Source: Candidatus Micrarchaeota archaeon
Lineage (GTDB): Archaea > B1Sed10-29
Direction: 5' to 3'
DNA length: 42,746 nt
Assembly (NCBI GenBank): GCA_964388265.1
Contig: CAYLXZ010000001.1
Location: forward strand, 24,068 to 66,813
Under the pieces are notes generated by a model. That model was not told where the DNA came from and did not search any database. It saw only the letters and a list, made by a program, of their open reading frames with translations. The first letter of the stretch is position 1. Each line of letters opens with the position of its first letter. Both the position numbers and the translations under genes were made by a program. Shown here one piece after another: positions 16,920 to 25,813 of the stretch.

Positions 16920-17885
16920 TTACTTTCCTTTACCCTTTAGCACGAGGTATGCTATTAATGATTCGAGCTGTATTCTTTCATTAGCTCCTTCCGTTACTCT
17001 GAAGTTGTATTCACCGATCTTGTCAATGATCTCGACCTTGTCTTCTTCAGGGATGTCATCGTTTTTCATTGTTTCTCTGTATATCTGCAGTATCACGTCT
17101 TCTCCGCTCATCCCGTATTTATAGAGTAAATCGTCTAGTTTTTCTCGAGCTTTCTCGAACTCTCCGTCTAGTCCTAGTGTTATGATTTGTTTTACTTCTT
17201 CTGGACGGGCTCTTGAAGCTATTTTATATATATCTTCTTCTGTGATCTTCTCCTTCAGTGTGCTAGCTGTCTGCAGGTAGTTAATAGCTTTACGTAGATC
17301 ACCTTGAGAAGAGTAGATCAATGCGTTGTACGCTTCATCTTCTACTTCTAGGTCTTCTTCATTAGCTATGTGTTTTAATCGATCTTTTACTTTTTCTTCG
17401 CTGAGTGGGTTGAATCGGAATAATGCGCATCTTGATTGTATTGGATCGATTAATTTGCTGCTGTAGTTTCCTGTTAATATGAATCTAGTGGTGTCTGAGA
17501 AACTTTCCATGGTTCTTCTTAATGCGTTCTGTGCGTCTGAGGTCAGTGAGTCTGATTCGTCTAGGAATATTACTTTGAACCCGACTTCTCCGTATGGAAC
17601 GGTTGCTGCGAAGTCTTTTATCTTTCCTCGGATCACGTCTATTCCTCTTTCATCGCTTGCGTTTAATTCAAGGAAGTTTTCATCGAGCTTGTCTCCGAAT
17701 AACTCTTTTCCCATTGCTAGAGCTGCAGCTGTTTTACCTGTTCCAGCTGGACCTGTGAAGAGAAGATTAGGCATGTTCTTCTTCTCTACATATGCTTCTA
17801 GTCTATCTGTTATGTCTGGATGTCCTACAACGTCATCCAGGGTATCTGGTCTATATTTCTCTGTCCATGGAAGCTCGATAGGCAT
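16920..17885 (-). CDS. rfcS: Replication factor C small subunit
   Basis: PWTEKYRPDTLDDVVGH, Walker A GPAGTGKT, box V DESD, SRC motif QSRCALFRF. Confidence 0.95.
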   Translation of the reverse strand: MPIELPWTEKYRPDTLDDVVGHPDITDRLEAYVEKKNMPNLLFTGPAGTGKTAAALAMGKELFGDKLDENFLELNASDERGIDVIRGKIKDFAATVPYGEVGFKVIFLDESDSLTSDAQNALRRTMESFSDTTRFILTGNYSSKLIDPIQSRCALFRFNPLSEEKVKDRLKHIANEEDLEVEDEAYNALIYSSQGDLRKAINYLQTASTLKEKITEEDIYKIASRARPEEVKQIITLGLDGEFEKAREKLDDLLYKYGMSGEDVILQIYRETMKNDDIPEEDKVEIIDKIGEYNFRVTEGANERIQLESLIAYLVLKGKGK

Positions 17886-17942
17886 TTTTTTATTTCTCCA
17901 ACTCTCTTATTTTATTTTTTAGTTCGGGAATTTTATTCTTTA

Positions 17943-18248
17943 CTATTTTGGTTCTTTCCATGCATATTGGACACTACCAAGTATTTCTTTCTTTAAATCT
18001 GGTTTTACAGCTTCTTTTATAACTAAGTCAACTTCACAGTCCAGTAGGTTCTCTGAGAAGGATTTTAGACCCATGTAGTTGTCAAAGGTCTTTTCTCCAG
18101 GTTTGAACTCTACTAGTATATCTACATCGCTCTCTTTATTCTGTTTTCCTCTCCTATAAGATCCAAATAAGCCAATTCTTCTTATTTTATATCTGTTCAA
18201 CTCTTTTTGGTTGTTTTTCAGTTTCTTTATTATCTCGTTAGAGTCCAT
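17943..18248 (-). CDS. Minimal nucleotidyltransferase (MNT, pol-beta superfamily), solitary
   Basis: GLFGSYRRGKQNKESDVDILVEF (GS-x(n)-DxD). No HEPN/DUF86 partner is adjacent. Confidence 0.8.
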   Translation of the reverse strand: MDSNEIIKKLKNNQKELNRYKIRRIGLFGSYRRGKQNKESDVDILVEFKPGEKTFDNYMGLKSFSENLLDCEVDLVIKEAVKPDLKKEILGSVQYAWKEPK

Positions 18249-18333
18249 CCTAGCCTCCTTTCCTCTTTTTCAGCAACTGCTTTATATCCATAATATTAAA
18301 TAACTTCACGATTTAATAAAATACAGGATAAAG

Positions 18334-18675
18334 ATGAAAAGAGAAGAACCAATCCAAGTCGTGACAGGAGACCAAGTACCTGGAAGAGAGATAGAGGAAG
18401 TCAAAGGACTCGTATGGGGAACAGCAGTAAGGTCAAAGTTCCTTGGAAAAGACATACTAGCCTTCTTAAAGATTCTTTCTGGAGGAGAAGTACCAGAATA
18501 CACAGAGATGATAAACAAAGCACGTAAAGAAGTAATAGATAAACTAGTTAAAAACGCCGAGTCACTGGACGCCGATGCAGTCGTGGACATGGATATAGGG
18601 AGCACAGCACAGATAATACCAGGTACAGTAGAGATATTCGCCTACGGAACAGCGGTAAAACTAAAGGAGGAATAA
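18334..18675 (+). CDS. YbjQ/UPF0145 (DUF74) family protein
   Basis: VPGREIEEVKGLVWG...LSGGEVPEYTEMINKARKEVIDKLVKNAESLDADAVVDMD...AYGTAV. Confidence 0.8.
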   Translation: MKREEPIQVVTGDQVPGREIEEVKGLVWGTAVRSKFLGKDILAFLKILSGGEVPEYTEMINKARKEVIDKLVKNAESLDADAVVDMDIGSTAQIIPGTVEIFAYGTAVKLKEE

Positions 18676-18677
18676 AC

Positions 18678-18971
18678 ATGCTAATAGGAGAAATACTAAT
18701 AATCATCTCAGGACTATTCCTAGGGTACATATTCCCAGACCTACTCGATAGATACGGAGCAGGAGAAGAATTCAGCTACTCATACCTATCACCCGTAGCA
18801 CTAGCCTTCATATCAGTCATAGCGTACTTCACAAGAACCATATGGATAAACGCTAGACTAGGGTTCGCAGGTCCAAGTGGATTCACCAGTTCAATCTTCC
18901 TATGGCTAGCTATCACCCTACTGATAGGTGGATACATAAGAATAATCCAACACTACTTCTTAGAAACATAG
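18678..18971 (+). CDS. Small membrane protein (about 3 TM helices), function unknown
   Basis: Hydrophobic helices. GGAGG lies 7 nt upstream of the ATG. Confidence 0.5.
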   Translation: MLIGEILIIISGLFLGYIFPDLLDRYGAGEEFSYSYLSPVALAFISVIAYFTRTIWINARLGFAGPSGFTSSIFLWLAITLLIGGYIRIIQHYFLET

Positions 18972-19001
18972 ATCTCCGATAAATCTTTAGAGTTGCTTTC
19001 C

Positions 19002-20276
19002 ATGAAGATAGCAGTAGACACCTACGGATGCACAAGAAACAAAGCCGACGCAGAACTAATAAAAGGCCAGATAGAAAACTCTAAAAACCTAGAGCAGTCG
19101 AATCTAGATTCCAGCAATATAGTGATTCTCAATACCTGTGGAGTCAAGAACAAGACACAGTCAAAGATGCTTAACCGCCTGAAAAGATACAGGGAGAAAG
19201 GAAAGAAGGTTTTGGTGGCAGGTTGCCTACCCAAAATAAACCAAAGAGAGTTAAAAGATAGAGAAGCAGCCATGGTAGACAGCAACTCTATATCAAAGAT
19301 TCCGAAAGCTCTACAGGAACTGGATAACGGTGAAAAACCAGTGTACCTTGATGGAGAGAAAGAGCATAAACTTGAGATGTGTAGGTCGTATTCAAAAGGA
19401 ATAACAGGGATCGTGCCCATAGCCGAAGGTTGCCTAGGGAACTGCAGCTACTGCGGAGTAAAGAAAGCTCGAGGAAACCTACAGAGTTACCCTATAGATG
19501 AGATAAAGGAAGAATTCAAGGAATTAATTGACAGAGGAAAGAAACAGATTTATCTAACCAGCCAAGACACCGGGTGCTACGGGTACGATAAGGATAAGAA
19601 TCTGCCTGAACTTCTTGAAAGATTGACTGATGTAGACGGCGAGTTCAAGATCCGTGTAGGAATGATGAACCCAGAACACGCTGAAGAGATAAAAAAAGAA
19701 TTAGCTGGAGAGATTAAAAAGAATAAAGTGTATAGTTTTCTTCATCTTCCTATCCAGTCAGGATCCGATAAAGTTCTGGATGACATGAACAGGCGTTACA
19801 GTTCTGAAGAGTTTAAAGAACTGGTGGATTACTTCAAGAAAGAGATAAATGATCTTAATCTAGCTACGGATGTGATAGTAGGGTACCCAACCGAAGATAG
19901 AGAGAACTTCCAGGAAACAGTTGAACTCTTGAGAAAGGTGAAGCCGGATGTAGTGAACATCTCAAGGTTCTACCCAAGACCAGATACACCCGCGGAAGAC
20001 CTAGATCCACTTCCAAGCCAAGTGCTCAAACACAGATCCAAGAAACTGTCAAAGATAACCTGTGAAATAAGTCTAAAAAGAAACAGAACCTATCTAGACA
20101 AAGGAAAAGAAGCTCTCATTACCGAAGAAAAAACCGAAGCATACATAGCCAGGATGAACAACTACAAGAAGATTCAGATCAAAGACAGAAACCAGGTTTC
20201 ACCTGGAGAACATGTCGAGGTAAAGATCACAGAAGCCTCCGCAAGAGGCTTAAAAGGCGAATTAATAAAAACCTAA
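19002..20276 (+). CDS. MiaB-like tRNA methylthiotransferase, archaeal/CDKAL1 type (radical SAM + TRAM)
   Basis: UPF0004 N-domain MKIAVDTYGCTRNKADAE, radical-SAM CLGNCSYC, C-terminal TRAM. The track ORF starts 9 nt earlier at TTG. Confidence 0.9.
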   Translation: MKIAVDTYGCTRNKADAELIKGQIENSKNLEQSNLDSSNIVILNTCGVKNKTQSKMLNRLKRYREKGKKVLVAGCLPKINQRELKDREAAMVDSNSISKIPKALQELDNGEKPVYLDGEKEHKLEMCRSYSKGITGIVPIAEGCLGNCSYCGVKKARGNLQSYPIDEIKEEFKELIDRGKKQIYLTSQDTGCYGYDKDKNLPELLERLTDVDGEFKIRVGMMNPEHAEEIKKELAGEIKKNKVYSFLHLPIQSGSDKVLDDMNRRYSSEEFKELVDYFKKEINDLNLATDVIVGYPTEDRENFQETVELLRKVKPDVVNISRFYPRPDTPAEDLDPLPSQVLKHRSKKLSKITCEISLKRNRTYLDKGKEALITEEKTEAYIARMNNYKKIQIKDRNQVSPGEHVEVKITEASARGLKGELIKT

Positions 20277-20292
20277 AAAAGGTTACTTATAC

Positions 20293-21027
20293 ATGCTCAA
20301 ACAACTGAAGAAAACCTGGAACAAATACATCGAAAACATCGACAAAGTAACCTTCTTCGCGATATTCATAATCCTAACACTCGCACTCTCACCAATACTA
20401 TCCAGCTTCACCTCAGTGGGATCAGCATTCATCCGATTCACATCAATCTACGCCGACCTAACAACAATCCAGATACTAATACTCGGAGGAATCGGCACAG
20501 CATCCATAGTCTTCATAGGAATGTTCCTATCAGGACTAATATCCCTGATAAAACTACAGGAGACACTCGACTACGTAACCTACAGGCGAGTAATGGCAAC
20601 ATTCAAAAAACACATCACCAAGATCTCATTATTCCTAGCAATCCTCACACTAACCTCCCTAGCCATCGGAACAACACTAAGCTACCTTGGAACACCACAG
20701 ATAATCACACATCTAATAATACTCGTGTTATGGATAACCTTCACCTTCACACCACAAGTAGCAGTGATAGAGAACTTCGGAGTAACAGGATCCATGAAAG
20801 ACGCAGTAACATTCATAAAAGACCATCCAATTCCACTCGTAAAATATATAGTCTTAGGATTCATCCTCATGTTCATACTCGTAATCATAGAAGCAATGCT
20901 AGGACAAGTACTAATCTGGGAACACAGAATAGTCTCAATACTACTAGTATCGCTAGTTATTCTACCAATACTGCAGATTTACGCCACTGAACTGTACTTA
21001 AAGAGATATCCATTAACTAACATATAG
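20293..21027 (+). CDS. Polytopic membrane protein (about 6 TM helices), function unknown
   Basis: Hydropathy only. Confidence 0.5.
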   Translation: MLKQLKKTWNKYIENIDKVTFFAIFIILTLALSPILSSFTSVGSAFIRFTSIYADLTTIQILILGGIGTASIVFIGMFLSGLISLIKLQETLDYVTYRRVMATFKKHITKISLFLAILTLTSLAIGTTLSYLGTPQIITHLIILVLWITFTFTPQVAVIENFGVTGSMKDAVTFIKDHPIPLVKYIVLGFILMFILVIIEAMLGQVLIWEHRIVSILLVSLVILPILQIYATELYLKRYPLTNI

Positions 21028-21036
21028 GAGAAAAAA

Positions 21037-23724
21037 ATGAAGAAAATAGAATCCATTTTATTAGTAGGTCTGGTAATTGTTTTAGGAGCAGGAGCATCTT
21101 TTGGGTTTACAGGAGGAACAGGCTCCTCTACCGACCCTTACCTAATTAATAACTGCACTCACCTGCAGAATATGAGCAGTGATTTAAACGCTCACTACGC
21201 GTTAGACACGAGTTTTAGCTGCGACGTATCACCCTATAACTCAGGAGATGGATTTGAACCAGTAGGAAACGATACTGTTGCCTTTAATGGTAGTTTTAAC
21301 GGCAGTGGATATGTTATAAGTGACCTGTACATTAATAGGACTGGTGTCTATAGGGTTGGTTTGTTTGGTGTAACAGGTTCTAATGCTAGCATAACTAACG
21401 TAAGTTTAGAAGATGTGGACATAACTAGCTATAGGGATGTGGGTAGTTTAATAGGAGAGAATAAAGGAGGCAATGTTTCTGGTTCGTATGCTACTGGCTC
21501 TGTAAAAGGGAAGGAATCTGATGGTTGGAGTGCTATTGATATCGGCGGTTTAATCGGAGATAATGATGGTAGTGTTTCTGATTCGTATGCTACTGGAAGT
21601 GTAACTGGTTCTAGTAATGTTGGTGGTTTAATCGGAGGTAATTATGATGGTAGTGTTTCTTCTTGTTATTCTACTGGCTCTGTAGGAGGGGATGTTGATG
21701 TGGGTGGTTTAGTGGGAAAAAATAAGGGTGTAGTTTTAGGTTCCCATGCTACTGGAAATATAACCGGAGAAGATGATATAGGTGGTTTAATTGGATATAA
21801 TGTTGGTGGTACTGTTTCTAACTCTTCTGCTACCGGTACTGTTAATGGTACAGACAATACTGTCGGTGGTTTAATTGGAGAGAATCAAGGGAATATCTCT
21901 GATTCTCATGCTACAGGGCCTGTCTACGGTGATCGATATGTTGGGGGGTTAGCTGGGACTAATGGCGATTATTCAGAGGAAGGAAGAATAGAGAACTCAT
22001 ACGCCACTGGCTCTGTAAACGGCTCTAACACTGTTGGAGGATTAATCGGAAAGGTCGGAGCTGCAGGTGATGGGTGTTTTCCAGGTTATGTGGATAATTC
22101 ATATTCAACTGGGAACGTGACTGCTTCAGGTAACTATGTTGGAGGTCTCGTAGGGCTCCTTGATATTGGAAGAGTTTCTAGCTCTTATGCAGGGGGTTCT
22201 GTGGAAGGGAATAACTCTGTCGGAGGGTTAATAGGTTATATGGGAAATGATAATTCCTGCTCTGATGGTGTTGTAAATTACTCTTACTCTACAGGACGGG
22301 TAACTGGTGATTCTAGCGTCAGCGGTTTTGTAGGGTACATAGAAGCAGGATCATGTGATAACAGTTTCTGGGATACTGAGAGTTCCGGTTACACGGATAG
22401 TGACGGCTGTGCTACAGGAAAGAATACGAGTGAAATGAAGCATGCGGCTACGTTTACTCATACTGGTACTGAAGGTTTGGATTCTCCTTGGGACTTTGTA
22501 GATGATCCTTATGAGGACTCTGGATCTGAAGATGTCTGGGGTCTTGACTGTGATGCCGAGAGCTATCCATTGTTAACTTCAATGGAAGAGCAGACTTTGA
22601 ATGGAACATGTGAAGAAATAGGTGGTCCTAATATCTCTTTATCCCGTGTTTCACACTTCATGCACAGAGACGTACATAAAAGTAAGTTCTTCGATGTGAC
22701 TCTCGAGATAGGTTGCTCTGAGGAAGACTGTGGTGATGTGAACATCACCCTCGATCCAATAGAAGGATGTGATGTGATCAATGAAGACTGTACGAGCGCC
22801 TGTGATGGGTTGTTCGTGAATTCAACTAGTGGATGGATCTACGGTTCCGGTTATGATGCTTGCATGGATGAAAATGGAAATTATGCGACTTTTAATGATT
22901 CAACGTGTGACGATCGGTTAGGAACGAGTAGAACAGGAGACTGTGCTGGTATGAATACAGCATCTGGTGCAGCATACTGCCCTAGCTATGAGAGGAATGG
23001 TGAGGAACCTGTTCAACCTGAAAACTGCAGTGGAAACACTTCAGGATTTGATTTTGATAGTTCTTACTTTTCAGGAGAATCATCTAAGAGTATAATACCT
23101 ACAAACTCTTCAGAAACTCCTTTCTACACGAGTAAGTCCAGTAACCCATATACAGTTAATCTAAATCAAGGTGGTTCTGAGTTTGTTAGCTTCATGGTTA
23201 ACGCGACTGGGGAACTTGGATCTGTTTATGATTTTATCGCATCATCCGTAGACCTTTCAGAGACCTATATAAGTGACTCCACAGATAACTGGAATATATC
23301 CATCGTTTCCTCCTCACATGCACCGGAAGTGACATTAAATTCTCCTGAGGACGAAGCTACAAATACAAGCGCCTCACCAACATTAAATATCTCTATCTCA
23401 GACCCGAACGGAGACGAAGTCGACGTATCGTTCTACGATGTAAACAGTGAAAAAATAGGATCAACTCAAACGATTCCAGATGGCTCAGGAACCATCACAA
23501 CTGACTACATGGGTCTAGACTACAACACAACCTACCTATGGTACGTAACAGCCACAGACGGAAACACCACGGTACAAGGCGGACCATGGGAATTCACAAC
23601 CCAAGAAGAACCAGAAGTAGAACAAGTAACCGCAACAACCACAACAGCACCAGCACTAACACCAATACTAGTACTCATACTATTCATAGGAGCAATAGGT
23701 TTCTACATGATTAAGAGAAACTGA
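21037..23724 (+). CDS. Large secreted, C-terminally TM-anchored surface protein with GLUG-motif repeats
   Basis: Signal peptide, GSSTDPYLINNCTHLQNM head, about a dozen xGGLIG/SYATGSV repeats, a Cys-rich middle, an Ig/Fn3-like C-terminal module, a Thr-rich linker and TM anchor LVLILFIGAIGFYMIKRN. Contains many N-x-S/T sequons. Confidence 0.8.
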   Translation: MKKIESILLVGLVIVLGAGASFGFTGGTGSSTDPYLINNCTHLQNMSSDLNAHYALDTSFSCDVSPYNSGDGFEPVGNDTVAFNGSFNGSGYVISDLYINRTGVYRVGLFGVTGSNASITNVSLEDVDITSYRDVGSLIGENKGGNVSGSYATGSVKGKESDGWSAIDIGGLIGDNDGSVSDSYATGSVTGSSNVGGLIGGNYDGSVSSCYSTGSVGGDVDVGGLVGKNKGVVLGSHATGNITGEDDIGGLIGYNVGGTVSNSSATGTVNGTDNTVGGLIGENQGNISDSHATGPVYGDRYVGGLAGTNGDYSEEGRIENSYATGSVNGSNTVGGLIGKVGAAGDGCFPGYVDNSYSTGNVTASGNYVGGLVGLLDIGRVSSSYAGGSVEGNNSVGGLIGYMGNDNSCSDGVVNYSYSTGRVTGDSSVSGFVGYIEAGSCDNSFWDTESSGYTDSDGCATGKNTSEMKHAATFTHTGTEGLDSPWDFVDDPYEDSGSEDVWGLDCDAESYPLLTSMEEQTLNGTCEEIGGPNISLSRVSHFMHRDVHKSKFFDVTLEIGCSEEDCGDVNITLDPIEGCDVINEDCTSACDGLFVNSTSGWIYGSGYDACMDENGNYATFNDSTCDDRLGTSRTGDCAGMNTASGAAYCPSYERNGEEPVQPENCSGNTSGFDFDSSYFSGESSKSIIPTNSSETPFYTSKSSNPYTVNLNQGGSEFVSFMVNATGELGSVYDFIASSVDLSETYISDSTDNWNISIVSSSHAPEVTLNSPEDEATNTSASPTLNISISDPNGDEVDVSFYDVNSEKIGSTQTIPDGSGTITTDYMGLDYNTTYLWYVTATDGNTTVQGGPWEFTTQEEPEVEQVTATTTTAPALTPILVLILFIGAIGFYMIKRN
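21349..22357 (+). repeat. Intragenic tandem repeat array (about 11-12 units of ~26-35 codons, VGGLIG...SYATGSV.G)
   Basis: Periodicity read from the translation. It is coding, not a CRISPR array. Confidence 0.7.
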
Positions 23725-23797
23725 AGGTTTCACCCCCATCTCTTTTTATATCTCCTCGAGAATAAGGGATAAACAGAGATTATAAACCGAGATAGAT

Positions 23798-25801
23798 ATG
23801 GATTTAATCATAGCGGAGAAACACAACGCAGCCAAAAGAATCGCGGGAATCCTCGGAAACCCAGAGCAGAAACAAAAAGGACCAGTGAAATGCTACGAAC
23901 TAAACGACAAAGTCGTAGTGCCGCTAAGAGGACACATCAAGAACCCGGACTTCCCAGAAAAATACAGCAGCTGGAACAAAACAGATCTAAACGAATTAAT
24001 CAAAGCTCCAATTCAATACCAAGAAACCAGGAAATCCATAGGAAATGCAATAAGACACTACGCCAAGGACGCGGATACACTGCAGATAGCAACGGACTAC
24101 GATCGAGAAGGAGAATCCATAGGCAAAGAAGCAATAGACATAGCCCAAGAAAAAAGACCAGACATACCAATAAAGAGAGCGCGATTCAGCTCACTAACAA
24201 ACAAAGACGTAAAAAAAGCCTTCGATGACTTAAACGAATTCGACTGGAACCTAGCCGACTCAGCAAACGCAAGACGAGAAATAGACCTAATATGGGGAGC
24301 AGTACTCACCAGATACCTATCACTCACAGCAAACAGACTAGGCAAATCATTCCTCTCCGTAGGAAGAGTACAAACACCAACACTCACCAAGATAGTTGAC
24401 AGAGAAAAAAGAAGACAGAAATTCACACCCAAAACCTACTGGAAACCATGGATAAAATGCAGCAAGGATGATGAAGGCTTCAAAGCGTACTACAAGAAAA
24501 GCAAGGTATTCGACGAAGAAAAAGCAAAGAAACTCAAAAACTTAAACGCAGACAAAGCACAGATAAAGAACGTAGACACCAGGAAATACACACGTAAACC
24601 ACCAAACCCATTCAACACCACCAGCTTCCTAAGACAAGCAAGCAGCATAGGTTTCTCACCCTCAACCGCTTTATCAATCGCGGAGTCACTCTACCAAGAA
24701 GGAATCATAAGCTACCCAAGAACCGACAACACCCAATACCCAGACTCCCTGGACCTAAAAAAGATACTTAAACAACTGAAAAACGTGGACAGATACGAAA
24801 AAAGAGCCAACAACCTACTCAAAGAGAAACTAAAACCGACTAAAGGCAAGAAGAAATCCACAGACCACCCACCAATCCACCCAGTAACCTACCCAAAGAA
24901 AGAACTCAACAAAGCAGAATGGAAAATATACAAATTAATAGCAGACCGATTCATAGCCACACTAAGCGACAAATCACTCGTAAAAACAATCAAAACCAAG
25001 CTAAACTACCAAAACCACGAATACCAAACAAAAGGAAGAAAAATAATCAAACAAGGATGGCAAGGAATCTACCCATACAAAAAAACCAAAGAAATCCCAA
25101 TACCCAAACTAGAAAAAGGAGAAAAAGTCAACGTAAGCAAAACAGACGCAGATAAAAAGAAAACCAAGCCAAAACCCAGATACAGCTCCAGCAAGATAAT
25201 AAAAGAAATGGAAGACGACAACCTCGGTACCAAGAGCACCAGGCCAAACATACTTGACAAACTAGCGCAGAGAAAATACATAACCAAAAACAAGAAATAC
25301 AAGCCACTGGGAATTGCCTTCCCAGTAATAGAAAGCCTAGAAGAATACGCCGAAGAAATAACCCAACCCAAAATGACAGCAAAACTAGAGAAAGAAATGG
25401 ATCAAATCAAAGAAGGAGAGAGAAAGAAAGAGGAAGTAGTCAAAGACTCCAGAGAAATGCTAAAAAAAGTACTGGAAGAACTACAAGAAAACAAAGAAGA
25501 AGTAGGAGACAAGATAAAACAAGCACTCAAAGAACAAGAAACCCTAGGCAAATGCAGAGAATGCGGAGGAAACCTCGTGATAAGAAGAAGCAGAAAAGGA
25601 AGCAGGTTTGTAGGATGCAGCAACTACCCAGACTGCACAAACACCTATCCATTACCCAACCACGGTAATGTAAAAGCTCTCAATGAAGAGTGTGAAGAAT
25701 GCGGAGCACCAATGATAAAGATAACAAGACACAAGAAAAAGAACTACGAGATGTGTCTTAAGGTAGATTGTCCTACTAAAGATTCGTGGGGTAAGTCCTA
25801 A
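23798..25801 (+). CDS. topA: DNA topoisomerase IA
   Basis: Toprim (LIIAEK, DYDREGE), active-site Tyr region ISYPRTDN, C-terminal zinc ribbons CRECGG...CSNYPDC and CEECGAP. Confidence 0.9.
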   Translation: MDLIIAEKHNAAKRIAGILGNPEQKQKGPVKCYELNDKVVVPLRGHIKNPDFPEKYSSWNKTDLNELIKAPIQYQETRKSIGNAIRHYAKDADTLQIATDYDREGESIGKEAIDIAQEKRPDIPIKRARFSSLTNKDVKKAFDDLNEFDWNLADSANARREIDLIWGAVLTRYLSLTANRLGKSFLSVGRVQTPTLTKIVDREKRRQKFTPKTYWKPWIKCSKDDEGFKAYYKKSKVFDEEKAKKLKNLNADKAQIKNVDTRKYTRKPPNPFNTTSFLRQASSIGFSPSTALSIAESLYQEGIISYPRTDNTQYPDSLDLKKILKQLKNVDRYEKRANNLLKEKLKPTKGKKKSTDHPPIHPVTYPKKELNKAEWKIYKLIADRFIATLSDKSLVKTIKTKLNYQNHEYQTKGRKIIKQGWQGIYPYKKTKEIPIPKLEKGEKVNVSKTDADKKKTKPKPRYSSSKIIKEMEDDNLGTKSTRPNILDKLAQRKYITKNKKYKPLGIAFPVIESLEEYAEEITQPKMTAKLEKEMDQIKEGERKKEEVVKDSREMLKKVLEELQENKEEVGDKIKQALKEQETLGKCRECGGNLVIRRSRKGSRFVGCSNYPDCTNTYPLPNHGNVKALNEECEECGAPMIKITRHKKKNYEMCLKVDCPTKDSWGKS

Positions 25802-25813
25802 AAGAGTGGCTAG

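Noticed and set aside
21349-22357. Periodic nucleotide repeats as a possible CRISPR array or satellite
   Set aside because: The repeats are in frame within a long ORF and are degenerate at the nucleotide level, with conserved peptide motifs (VGGLIG/SYATGS). They are protein repeats.
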